A stretch of 64,000 nucleotides of DNA from Dehalococcoidia bacterium (GTDB lineage Bacteria > Chloroflexota > Dehalococcoidia > UBA6926): NCBI GenBank assembly GCA_965204885.1, contig OZ242019.1, positions 924,696 to 988,695 of the forward strand, written 5' to 3'. Under the pieces are notes generated by a model. That model was not told the origin of the DNA and searched no databases. It saw nothing but the letters and a program-made list of their open reading frames with translations. Position numbers and translations under genes: made by a program. Positions within the stretch are counted from its first letter, which is position 1. Every line of letters starts with the position of its first letter. Positions 45,293-54,560 of the stretch are shown here, in pieces.

Positions 45293-46057
45293 CTAGAGCG
45301 GCCTGCGCGCCGGTACGCCGTTCGGTCGTGGATACCTGTAGGGGGTTGGCGAGGTTTTGCGGATGATTATGAGCTTGTGGTCGGCAGGAATGGGAGCTCC
45401 GGGCTCCGGAGAATGAATTGCCTCGAACTCCCCGCCAAGCTTTAAGAGGGCATTGGACGCATCGGCGATTTCCTGTTCGGCGTCGATCCCCTTGGGCGCG
45501 ATGAGAGCGCCGCCGACTCTCACGAACGGCAGACACAACTCCACGAGCGCGGGGAGGGGCGCAAGGGCGCGGGCCGTGGCGGCGTCGTAGGCTTCTCGGT
45601 GCTCCGGGTCATGGGCGAAGTCTTCGGCGCGGCCATGGATGGCGCGGCAATTCCTGAGACCGAGCAGATTGATGATGTGCTTTAGGAACCGGATTTTCTT
45701 GCCGGTGGCCTCGACAAGCGTAACGTCAACCCGTGGGTACGCAATGGCGAGGGGCAGGCCGGGAAAGCCACCGCCGGAGCCGACGTCGATGAGGCGAGCA
45801 CCGTCCGTCGGTGAGAATGCAGCGGCGCACCAGAGGCTTTCGAGAAACAGGCGTGATTCAACCTCAGCAGGGTCTGTGATGGCGGTCAGGTTGGCGCGTG
45901 AGGAGTTCCATGCCAGCAACTCGTCTCGATAGAGGCGGAAGGCGTCAAGCTGGTGTTCAGTCAGCGGCGCGCCGAGCCGCCCGGCCCACTGTTGCAGCAG
46001 GGGCATGGCTGCCGTTGTGTCTATCTCGCTGGCCGCGTCATTCATACTCACGTACAC
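45293..46057 (-). CDS. rsmG: 16S rRNA (guanine527-N7)-methyltransferase RsmG (GidB)
   Basis: SAM-binding LIDVGSGGGFPGLPLAIAYP and the conserved RsmG C-terminal region. Confidence 0.85.
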   Translation of the reverse strand: MYVSMNDAASEIDTTAAMPLLQQWAGRLGAPLTEHQLDAFRLYRDELLAWNSSRANLTAITDPAEVESRLFLESLWCAAAFSPTDGARLIDVGSGGGFPGLPLAIAYPRVDVTLVEATGKKIRFLKHIINLLGLRNCRAIHGRAEDFAHDPEHREAYDAATARALAPLPALVELCLPFVRVGGALIAPKGIDAEQEIADASNALLKLGGEFEAIHSPEPGAPIPADHKLIIIRKTSPTPYRYPRPNGVPARRPL

Positions 46058-46101
46058 AACGGTAGCAGGGCGACGGCACAGTCGTTTCCTGCAAACGGTG
46101 T

Positions 46102-47550
46102 ATGGTATGGGCGCACGGGGCTTATGTCATGTTCACTCTGCGTTTCGGCCTCCCGCTGCTGTTGCTGGCAGCACTTGTCGTCATGGGACTTACACTCATG
46201 CTCACAGGCGCCTGCGCGACAGACCTGCATCGCGCGGCTGAGAACAATAGCTCCCCGTCTTCTGTCCGGAGGGCTTTGGACGGAGGCGCGGACCCCAATG
46301 CCAGGGACGAGTCCGGGCGAACACCTCTTCACGTCGCAATTTGGGAAAACGCTGATACGGAATTGGTCCAGGTACTCATCGAGGGCGGCGCGGACGTCAA
46401 CGCAGTGGATCAGGATGGGGAGACGCCGCTTGTCATGGCCGCGTTGTACTCCGAAGACCCGTTCGTTCTGCAGCTTCTCATTGACGCGGGTGCGGAGATC
46501 GATGCGCGCAACAACCTGGGATGGACGCCACTCTACGGCGCCGTGCTGGTTGGCAAACACGAGAACATTGAGCTGCTGCTGGATCATGGGGCGGATATTG
46601 ACGCCCGAGACGACAGCGGATTCACGCCTCTGTATGAGTCCTTGACCGACTTCACGGAAAATGGCCCGACCATACCGAGAATGCTGCTGGAGCGCGGGGC
46701 CGATCCGAGCGGGGCTCCCCTGTGGTGGGCAATCGAAGCGGATGACGCGGAGATGGTGGCGCTGTTGCTGGAGTACGAACCCGATGTGAATCTGATAATG
46801 GGTGATGACGGCAGAACCCATCTGCACGCTGCCGTCACCAAAGGTTCAGTTGACGTTGCTGCGATGCTTATCGAGCACGGCGCAGACCTCAACGCCGCCG
46901 ATACCTATATTGCGTGGACGCCGATGCATATCGCCGCGTCCGTCGGGGATAGAGCGATCCTGGCGCTTCTCCTGGACAGCGGGGCCGATGTGAACGTGGT
47001 GACAACGGACAACAATCGTCATACCCCACTGTCTCTCGCGGTCGTCGACAGGGACGTAGAAACGACTGAACTGCTGCTTAACCGTGGCGCGGATCCGACG
47101 GTTGGACGCCTGACCTGCCGATCCGCCCGATCAGCGGAGGCGTTTGCGGGCACCGCTGTGTTGGAACGGCTATGCGCAGATGCTCAGGAACAATCTCCTC
47201 CTACTCCAACGGCGACGCCATTACCCTTCGGGATTCTCGGAATGCCCGACTCCCCCATCTTCGTGGTTGCGCTCTCAGGCTCACCGGATGACATGGCGAT
47301 CCTGTTGGACGAGGGATGGCCCATTGACGACTGGAGCCAAGCCACCCTCAATGACGGGCGAGCGTTGGACGGCGTGAGGCCGCTGCATGTTGCGGTGTTC
47401 AACCCGGATACGGCGGTGATCGATCTCCTGCTGGATCGCGGCGCGGACATCAATGCCATGACCACGACGGGCGAGACCCCCTGTGACCTGGGGCGGCAGG
47501 TGGACAGACTCGCGGGCACGGCTGTGCTAGACCGCCTCTGCGGCGGCTAG
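46102..47550 (+). CDS. Secreted ankyrin-repeat protein (paralog 1)
   Basis: N-terminal hydrophobic signal region, then about 9 ankyrin repeats (G.TPLH.A......VE.LLE.GAD.NA). The C-terminal ~125 aa is near-identical to the C-terminus of the downstream paralog. Confidence 0.8.
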   Translation: MVWAHGAYVMFTLRFGLPLLLLAALVVMGLTLMLTGACATDLHRAAENNSSPSSVRRALDGGADPNARDESGRTPLHVAIWENADTELVQVLIEGGADVNAVDQDGETPLVMAALYSEDPFVLQLLIDAGAEIDARNNLGWTPLYGAVLVGKHENIELLLDHGADIDARDDSGFTPLYESLTDFTENGPTIPRMLLERGADPSGAPLWWAIEADDAEMVALLLEYEPDVNLIMGDDGRTHLHAAVTKGSVDVAAMLIEHGADLNAADTYIAWTPMHIAASVGDRAILALLLDSGADVNVVTTDNNRHTPLSLAVVDRDVETTELLLNRGADPTVGRLTCRSARSAEAFAGTAVLERLCADAQEQSPPTPTATPLPFGILGMPDSPIFVVALSGSPDDMAILLDEGWPIDDWSQATLNDGRALDGVRPLHVAVFNPDTAVIDLLLDRGADINAMTTTGETPCDLGRQVDRLAGTAVLDRLCGG

Positions 47551-47595
47551 CCGTTCTTTCCGCCTGTTTGCCCCTGACTGTGCCCCTCTCGCCAC

Positions 47596-47615
47596 ATCGG
47601 CGTATCGTATTGGGG
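47596..47615 (+). repeat. 3'-flank repeat CATCGGCGTATCGTATTGGG downstream of ankyrin paralog 1 (also at 49193-49212 after paralog 2)
   Basis: An identical 20-mer lies about 45-55 bp after each ankyrin gene stop. This shows the tandem duplication included the 3' flank. Confidence 0.7.
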
Positions 47616-47673
47616 ACGGTGTGCCCGGATTAGGGAGACAAGGGTGTACGTTATCGGCGTTGAGGTCAATTGA

Positions 47674-49140
47674 GTGATGCTCACAACTTATCGCGCATGG
47701 CCACTGACGCTGTTCCTGCTACTGCTCACTGTGGCGGGGTGTGGGTCCAAGGATCTGCATCAGGTAGTCAGCCGTGAGAACGTATCCGCGTCCGCGGTGG
47801 AGGATGCCCTGGAGGCGGGCGCGGACCCCAATGCCAGGAATGAGTTTGGGAGCACCCCGCTTCACTTTACCTGGGGTGGAGACACCGATCCGGAAATCAC
47901 CCGCGCGCTGATAGAGGGCGGAGCTGATGTCAACGCGGTCAATGACGATGGGGAAACCCCGCTGCATGAGGCTGCTTGGGGAAGTGACAATCCGATAATC
48001 GTTGAGCTCCTGCTGGATGGCGGAGCGGATACGGAGATAAAGGACAACCGCGGGAACACGCCGCTCCACCGCGCCGCCGCGCACGGTGAGATAGAAATCA
48101 TTGAGTTGCTTCTGGATCGCGGGGCGGACATCAATGCGACCAACGATGATGGTGAGACGCCGCTGTATGAGTCTCTGACAACGCGCCAGATTTTCATCGA
48201 GGACGGACTTGGCGTTGCGCGGCTGCTCCTGGAACGCGGGGCAGATCCGGGAGGTCGCACCCTCCGGAATTTCGCCACGCCGGGGATAATTGTCGATGGG
48301 GAACAAGATATGGGTGATCCCGAAATTGTGGCCCTTTTGCTCGAGTACGGGGCGGATCCAAATGAGACCGACCGAAACCGTGACCCCCTGCTGATCGCGG
48401 TTGGTTCACCGGAAATCGCCCGCCTGCTCCTTGAGCATGGCGCAGACGTCAATGCGGGGGTGCCGGGCATTGGCTGGACACCATTGCACGCAGCAGTAGG
48501 GAGCGGGGATCGCGAATTAATCGAGTTGTACCTGGACAGCGGTGCAAACATCGAGGCGCAGGATTTGAACGGAACCACACCCCTGAAGACCGCCATCCTT
48601 GCCGAGAATCTCAACCTGGAAATCATCGCACTCTTGTTGGATCGCGGGGCCGACCCGTTCGCGGAGCACTACGGCATCGCGACTCCCTGCCGTTCGGCAC
48701 GGTCTTTCGATACGATTACGGACCCTGAAATCCTTGATCGCCTGTGCAGCGATTCGAATAGAGACGATCGGAATAGAGAGGAAACGCCTGAGATAACACC
48801 GACGCCTGGCCCCGTTCGCCTTGCGGGCCTTGCGGAGAGCCCAATTCACTGGGCGGCGGGCAAAGGCTCTGCGGACGATGTTGCCGCGCTGCTAGATGAA
48901 GGAACTCCCATTGAGACTACGAGCAGCATTACGTTGACGGACTACCGGACATTGCGCGGCGTGACACCTCTCCATATAGCGGTGTTCAACAGAGATCCCG
49001 CAGTAATTGACTTGTTGCTTGATCGCGGCGCGGACATCAACGCGATGACCACGACGGGCGAGACGCCGTGCGATCTTGCACGGCAAGTGGAAGACGGGCT
49101 TGCCGGCGCGGCTGCGCTTGACCGTCTATGCGGCGGCTAG
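47674..49140 (+). CDS. Ankyrin-repeat lipoprotein (paralog 2)
   Basis: Lipoprotein signal with lipobox LTVAGC. Multiple ankyrin repeats. C-terminus LHIAVFNRDPAVIDLLLDRGADINAMTTTGETPCDL...LDRLCGG is shared with paralog 1. Confidence 0.8.
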   Translation: MMLTTYRAWPLTLFLLLLTVAGCGSKDLHQVVSRENVSASAVEDALEAGADPNARNEFGSTPLHFTWGGDTDPEITRALIEGGADVNAVNDDGETPLHEAAWGSDNPIIVELLLDGGADTEIKDNRGNTPLHRAAAHGEIEIIELLLDRGADINATNDDGETPLYESLTTRQIFIEDGLGVARLLLERGADPGGRTLRNFATPGIIVDGEQDMGDPEIVALLLEYGADPNETDRNRDPLLIAVGSPEIARLLLEHGADVNAGVPGIGWTPLHAAVGSGDRELIELYLDSGANIEAQDLNGTTPLKTAILAENLNLEIIALLLDRGADPFAEHYGIATPCRSARSFDTITDPEILDRLCSDSNRDDRNREETPEITPTPGPVRLAGLAESPIHWAAGKGSADDVAALLDEGTPIETTSSITLTDYRTLRGVTPLHIAVFNRDPAVIDLLLDRGADINAMTTTGETPCDLARQVEDGLAGAAALDRLCGG

Positions 49141-49250
49141 CCACAACTTAAGCGCTCGCAACCCCTCTCGCACGGACGTGTGCCGATGGGCGCATCGGCG
49201 TATCGTATTGGGTGACGACATGCACAGGAACATCACATAGGGGTACATGA

Positions 49251-49784
49251 ATGGCGACTGAACGGGACCGGATGCGGAAAGATATCGCGATGCGGGCTTC
49301 TGATGCGGGGCCGCTCGCCAGACGCCTCAACGCGTTGGCCGTGTACCAACGCCCGTTTGGACAGCCCGGCTTTGAGTTCGGGGAGTGGGTGGATCAGCCG
49401 GGGCGCGGCACGTGGTACCGTCTCTCCCGTGTCGCCCGCGATTTCTACGAGTACTGCAATGACAACGGGTGGGTACAGGGCTTTGAGTGGGTGGAGTGGA
49501 AGGCGACGCCCGAAGCGCAAGGCCTGATGAACGACACGTCAGCCATCGCGGAGGCAAGCCCGCTGGACCTGAGCAGGGTTATCACCGTGCTTATTCGACA
49601 GGACCGCCTCGATGAAGGCTGCCTGGGAGCAGCCTATGATTCCGGCCTCGTTCCCGCCATCGTGCAACGCGCGTCCGCCCTACTCACCGCCCTGCCCGCC
49701 GAGGGCGATGACACGGACTGGCCGACGTGGTGGGGCATGGATCACGCCGAGCGCAGGGCGATTGACGCCAAGTTCCAAAAGTAG
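49251..49784 (+). CDS. Hypothetical protein
   Basis: 177-aa ORF with good codon bias and a W-rich C-terminal region. No family recognised. Confidence 0.45.
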   Translation: MATERDRMRKDIAMRASDAGPLARRLNALAVYQRPFGQPGFEFGEWVDQPGRGTWYRLSRVARDFYEYCNDNGWVQGFEWVEWKATPEAQGLMNDTSAIAEASPLDLSRVITVLIRQDRLDEGCLGAAYDSGLVPAIVQRASALLTALPAEGDDTDWPTWWGMDHAERRAIDAKFQK

Positions 49785-49856
49785 GATCGGGTCCGCGCCC
49801 GAACCGTCTGAGTCCCTGGGGACGTACGTATTGCCAGTTTGCGTGGAGGAACCATC

Positions 49857-50684
49857 ATGTCTGAGGGCAGCCTGACGCGCCGCGTCTTTCAGATTGTCGA
49901 GGAGGGCCGCGACGGGGACAAGACCAGCCGCGTCTTTGATTTCTTCATCCTCACCTCAATAGCCGTCAGCATCGTTGGGCTTGTCCTCGGCACAGTCGAA
50001 CGGTTTGGCGATCGCGCGCAAGAGCTCTTCATCGGCATCGAGGTTGTGACGGTTGTTATCTTCACCGTTGAGTGGGCGCTGCGGGTGTGGTCGTGCGTGG
50101 AGGAGCCGTCCGGCAAATATCGAGACCCGGTAATGGGGCGCATCAGGTACGCTCTGTCGCCGATGGCGCTGATAGACTTACTGGCCATCCTGCCGTTCTA
50201 CGTTGTGCTCGTCTTTCCGGAGGCCGGCCTTGATCTGCGCTTCCTGCGGGCGGTGCGGCTGGCTGCGCGCGTGGCCCGACTGAGCCGCTATTCCACGACG
50301 ATGACCATCATGGGCCGCGTGCTGCGCAATGCCTCACGAGAGTTGGCCGCCGTCATCGTGGTCATGGCGCTGCTGCTCCTGATCGCGTCCTCCCTGATGT
50401 ACTTTGCGGAGCACGAGTCCCAGCCGGAGACGTTTGCGAGCATCCCTGCCTCCATGTGGTGGGCGGTCATTACGGTTACGACCGTGGGCTACGGCGATGC
50501 GGTGCCAGTGACGACGTGGGGCAGGATGCTGACGGCGGCGCTCGCCGTGTTCGGCATCGGTCTAATCGCGCTCCCCGCCGGTATTCTCGGCAACGGTTTT
50601 GTGGAGGAGACCCGCAGGCAACGACGACTCATGGAAGGTGAGAATCGATGTCCCCACTGCGGGGAGCTGCTGCCAACGGTGTGA
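49857..50684 (+). CDS. Voltage-gated potassium channel (Kv/KvAP-like, 6TM) with a C-terminal CxxC..CxxC-like end
   Basis: S4 voltage sensor with Arg every third residue (LRFLRAVRLAARVARLSR), K+ selectivity filter TVGYGD and a C-terminal CPHCGELLP. Start at ATG 49857 after GGAGGAA. Confidence 0.8.
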   Translation: MSEGSLTRRVFQIVEEGRDGDKTSRVFDFFILTSIAVSIVGLVLGTVERFGDRAQELFIGIEVVTVVIFTVEWALRVWSCVEEPSGKYRDPVMGRIRYALSPMALIDLLAILPFYVVLVFPEAGLDLRFLRAVRLAARVARLSRYSTTMTIMGRVLRNASRELAAVIVVMALLLLIASSLMYFAEHESQPETFASIPASMWWAVITVTTVGYGDAVPVTTWGRMLTAALAVFGIGLIALPAGILGNGFVEETRRQRRLMEGENRCPHCGELLPTV

Positions 50685-50687
50685 TTG

Positions 50688-51272
50688 TCAGCCGGTGTCC
50701 GAGGTTTCACCGTTGTTGTTCAAGAGCGTGTTTCCTTGACTGGCAAGGCCGGCCCAGGCCACTTCCGTGAGGACTCGCGCCGGGTTGAGTATTGGCCAGA
50801 AGTCCGCGTTATTGACCCAATAGGCGTTTACAAAGAGCGCGCCGCCCATTGCCACCGAGAGTACTGCGCCGATACGCGCCTCGATGGACCCATTGCGCCA
50901 CAGGGCCACGCCCGCCACGCTCGCGGAGCCAAGGAACAACGGGTTGATGGTGCGCCACACGTCACCCGAATTGTCGCCGAAGAAATCACTGTATGCGTTG
51001 GCGAAGACCGCCGCGGCGAGGATGGCAAGCGCCAGGCTTCGCACCCAGGGGACGCGCCGAGTGCTCAACCAGATCCACCAGACACTGCCGAAGCCGATCA
51101 CCAACGGAGGTATCTGCCACAGCTTCCATGGCCAGTAGTGGACGGACAATCCGTCCGGGTCGGCGATCTCAGTCCTTTCGGTCCAGCCAAAGATGGCGAA
51201 AACCACGAACGCCGTGACTGCGAGGGCGGGAATCGTCCCCAGGTCTCGTGGAGCAACCAGTTGTTTAATCAT
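50688..51272 (-). CDS. Hypothetical membrane protein
   Basis: 194-aa Trp-rich protein with about 5 predicted TM helices. Confidence 0.5.
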   Translation of the reverse strand: MIKQLVAPRDLGTIPALAVTAFVVFAIFGWTERTEIADPDGLSVHYWPWKLWQIPPLVIGFGSVWWIWLSTRRVPWVRSLALAILAAAVFANAYSDFFGDNSGDVWRTINPLFLGSASVAGVALWRNGSIEARIGAVLSVAMGGALFVNAYWVNNADFWPILNPARVLTEVAWAGLASQGNTLLNNNGETSDTG

Positions 51273-51439
51273 CGGCTCCGGCTCCTACGCTCAACTGACA
51301 CTAGTCCCATTCTTGCAAAACATAGAGCGTGCATGACCAATATGGAAACCCTTGCCTGCGGTTCCTGGGTATTCCTTTCAATGGCTCACTCATTTATCCT
51401 GTGAGTCCCAATTATGAAAGATGGTGCTGGAGGCGGGAG

Positions 51440-52174
51440 ATGAACTCACCGATTGAACTGAAAGTCGTTGTATCCGAGTCGTATGCGGATCAATTGCGAA
51501 AGGCGATTGAGCTGGATGCCGATGCCTGCTGCGGCGATGCCGAGGCGCTGGCTGCGTATCCGGCCGAGATCCTTGAGAAGCTGCCCGGCAGTGTCGTGAC
51601 GTTTGGGTGCGGCAATCCCGTCGCACTGGCCAGCATGCAGCCCGGCGAGACGGTTCTGGACCTGGGCAGCGGCGCGGGCCTCGATTGCTTCCTTGCCGCC
51701 GAGCAGGTTGGGGAACAGGGCGCAGTCATCGGCGTGGATTTCACGCAGGACATGATCGATAAGGCGAGCGAGAACGCCGCCAAGCTTGGTTTGGGCAACG
51801 TGACGTTCAAGAACGGGGATATCGAGGCGCTGCCGTTGGAGGATTCCACGGTGGACGTGATCATCTCCAACTGCGTCATCAACCTCACTCCTGACAAGGC
51901 CGCCGTCTTTCGTGAGGCGTTTCGCGTGCTGCGCCCCGGCGGGCGGCTCATGGTATCCGATATCGTGTTGACGCGGCCCGCGACGGAGGCGGAAATGCAG
52001 GACTTTGCCTTGCTGACCGGATGTATCTCAGGCTCGCTGCCGGATACGGAATACGCCGACACGGTGCGCCGCGCGGGTTTCGCGGACGTGACGGTGGAAT
52101 CTGCGCCGCAGTACGAGGGGATGATCGAAGGGCAATTCTGGTACAGCGCGAGCATCTCCGGAGTGAAGCGGTAG
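51440..52174 (+). CDS. arsM: Arsenite S-adenosylmethionine methyltransferase-like (ArsM/AS3MT family)
   Basis: Class I SAM MTase motif VLDLGSGAGLDC plus the ArsM-specific conserved cysteines: a CC pair (DADACCGD), FGCGNP, ISNCVINL and GCISGS. Start set at ATG 51440 (MNSPIEL). Confidence 0.7.
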   Translation: MNSPIELKVVVSESYADQLRKAIELDADACCGDAEALAAYPAEILEKLPGSVVTFGCGNPVALASMQPGETVLDLGSGAGLDCFLAAEQVGEQGAVIGVDFTQDMIDKASENAAKLGLGNVTFKNGDIEALPLEDSTVDVIISNCVINLTPDKAAVFREAFRVLRPGGRLMVSDIVLTRPATEAEMQDFALLTGCISGSLPDTEYADTVRRAGFADVTVESAPQYEGMIEGQFWYSASISGVKR

Positions 52175-52295
52175 GCCAACGCTCTCCTCACCCTAACCCC
52201 CACTCTTCGCGCCCCGCCATTTCGTATAATCCCGATAGGTTAGGCGAGGGGGAACCGGCTGCGGCTGGATATTCACGGGGAAGGGACCACTTTTT

Positions 52296-54542
52296 ATGGC
52301 GACTACAGAGCATCGCGTACTTGGACAGCCGGTTGGCCGCGCGGACGGCCCGGAAAAGGTCACGGGACTGGGCAAATACTCAATCGACGTGTTGCCGCCC
52401 GGCACGCTGTGGTGCAAGGTGCTGCGCTCGCCGTATGCCCACGCCCGCATCGTTTCCATCGATGCATCCGCCGCGCTTGCGCTGCCCGGCGTCCATGCGG
52501 TGATTACGGGCAAGGACCTCGAAGGCCAGCGCTGGGGCAAGACCATCCAGGACGAGCCGATCATCGCGTGGGATCGCGCGCTCTACATCGGCGACAAGGT
52601 AGCCGCCGTCGCCGCGGACGACGAGGAGACTGCTGAGGCGGCGCTCGGACTCATTGAGGTGGAGTACGAGGAACTTCCTGCCATCGTCACGATCGCCGAA
52701 TCCCGCGCCCCTGATGCGCCGATCCTCCACCCGGAGTTCAACAGCTACGAGGGCGTGATGGACCAGCTATCCGGCCCGTCCAACGCCGTCGTTCACAACA
52801 ACTGGAGCAAGGGCGACGTTGCGGCAGGGATGGCGGAGGCCGACGTCATTGTCGAGCGCGACTTTGAGACGTCCCGCACGCATCAGCTGTACCTGGAGCC
52901 GCACAACTGTGTCGTGGCCATCGATGACGACGGCACGGTGCAGACGTGGATCGGGACAAAGTCGCCCATGTCGAACCGCGCCTCAATAGCGGCGCTCACA
53001 GGCCGCGACATCTCGCAGGTCGTCATCAACTTTGCCTACGTGGGCGGGGATTTCGGCGGCAAGGGCGACATCGTCGGCGTGCCCATCTGCTACGCGCTGG
53101 CGGAGAGGACAGGCCGGCCGGTCAAGTTCGCGATGGACTACACCGAGGAGCTGATGGCGATGAATCCGCGCCATCGCTCCGAGGTAAACGTGAAGGTTGG
53201 CGTCAAGCGCGACGGGACGATTACGGCGTGGGAGTCCGATATCTATTTCAACGCGGGGGCGTACCGAGCCTACTCGCCGAGCGGCAGCCTGCCAGGCGCG
53301 AACGAGGTGGCGGGGCCGTACCGGATCCCCAACACGCGCATCGATACGTGGCAGATGGCGACGAATACTGTCCCCGGCGGATTCCAGCGCGGGCCGGGCG
53401 AGGTGCAGGGCATCTTTGCGGGCGAGTCCATGATGGACATCGTCGCGGAGGAGCTTGGCATGGATCCCGTCGAGTTCCGCCTGAAGAACGTTGTGCAGGA
53501 GGGCGATGAGACGCCCACGGGCCACCAGTTCACCGGCATCATCGCGGACAAGATCATCGAGGAGGCGGCACGCGCCGGCAAGATGGCCGAGAACCGCCCC
53601 GCAAACGTCGGACGAGGCATCGCCTACGGCCACCGCCCGCAGTACGGGGGCAACACGCAGGCCTCCGTCATCGTCAACGAGGACGGCACGCTCACCGCGC
53701 GCACCTCATTCTTCGACCCCGGCACGGGCGTGAACACGCTCATTCGCCAGACGGTCGCGGAGGAGATGCAGGTGGACATGGATCGCATCAGCGTCGTGCC
53801 GTTCAGTACGGACGAATTCTTCGACGACGTCCCTGATCTCGGCTTTGGCGGCTCACGCGCGTCACGCGTCGGTCCGATGGCGGCGGCGGATGCCTCGACG
53901 GAGGTCAAGGTGCAACTCAAGCGCCTCGCTGCTGAGTTCAATGGCTGGGATGAGTCCGTTGTTGAGTATGCGAACGGCTCGCTCGTCAACACGCGCACGG
54001 ATGAAAGCGTGCCGATGGAGGACATCGTCCGCAGGCGCGGCGAGCCGATTTCAGGGCGTAACAGGCCACCGGAGGGCGGCCCGGATATGATGTCGCCGAT
54101 GACGTCGTTTGTGGCGCAGGTGGCAGAGGTCAGTGTGGATACGGACACGGGCCGCGTGACGATCGAGAAGATTGTCGCGGTGCATGACGTGGGCCGCATT
54201 CTGAACCCCGTCGGCTTCCACGGGCAGGTTGAGGGCGGCCTTGTGCAGGCGCTGGGCCACGCGATGATGGAAGACCTGACGGTGGATGAGTCGGGCCGCG
54301 TGTCCAACCCGTCGTTGGCGGACTACAAGGCGCCGACGGAGCCGGACATTCCGGAGTTGGAGACGATCCTGGTTGAAGCGCCGAGCGGCTGGGGCAACTA
54401 CAACATCAAGGCCGTCGGCGAGCACTCGAACATCACGACGGCGGCGGCCATTGCGAATGCAGTCTATGATGCCTGCGGCGTCCGCCCGTATGAGATTCCG
54501 ATTCATCCTGAGCGGGTGCTGGCGGGGTTGAGGGGGAAGTAG
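52296..54542 (+). CDS. Molybdopterin-binding subunit of a xanthine dehydrogenase/aldehyde oxidase/CO dehydrogenase-family hydroxylase (large subunit only)
   Basis: 748 aa with the Ald_Xan_dh_C hammerhead and two molybdopterin-binding domains (GGGFGGK, FQRGPGEVQG, catalytic E near the C-terminus). No adjacent 2Fe-2S or FAD subunit genes. Confidence 0.85.
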   Translation: MATTEHRVLGQPVGRADGPEKVTGLGKYSIDVLPPGTLWCKVLRSPYAHARIVSIDASAALALPGVHAVITGKDLEGQRWGKTIQDEPIIAWDRALYIGDKVAAVAADDEETAEAALGLIEVEYEELPAIVTIAESRAPDAPILHPEFNSYEGVMDQLSGPSNAVVHNNWSKGDVAAGMAEADVIVERDFETSRTHQLYLEPHNCVVAIDDDGTVQTWIGTKSPMSNRASIAALTGRDISQVVINFAYVGGDFGGKGDIVGVPICYALAERTGRPVKFAMDYTEELMAMNPRHRSEVNVKVGVKRDGTITAWESDIYFNAGAYRAYSPSGSLPGANEVAGPYRIPNTRIDTWQMATNTVPGGFQRGPGEVQGIFAGESMMDIVAEELGMDPVEFRLKNVVQEGDETPTGHQFTGIIADKIIEEAARAGKMAENRPANVGRGIAYGHRPQYGGNTQASVIVNEDGTLTARTSFFDPGTGVNTLIRQTVAEEMQVDMDRISVVPFSTDEFFDDVPDLGFGGSRASRVGPMAAADASTEVKVQLKRLAAEFNGWDESVVEYANGSLVNTRTDESVPMEDIVRRRGEPISGRNRPPEGGPDMMSPMTSFVAQVAEVSVDTDTGRVTIEKIVAVHDVGRILNPVGFHGQVEGGLVQALGHAMMEDLTVDESGRVSNPSLADYKAPTEPDIPELETILVEAPSGWGNYNIKAVGEHSNITTAAAIANAVYDACGVRPYEIPIHPERVLAGLRGK

Positions 54543-54560
54543 AGGGAGTAGGTAGAGGTT

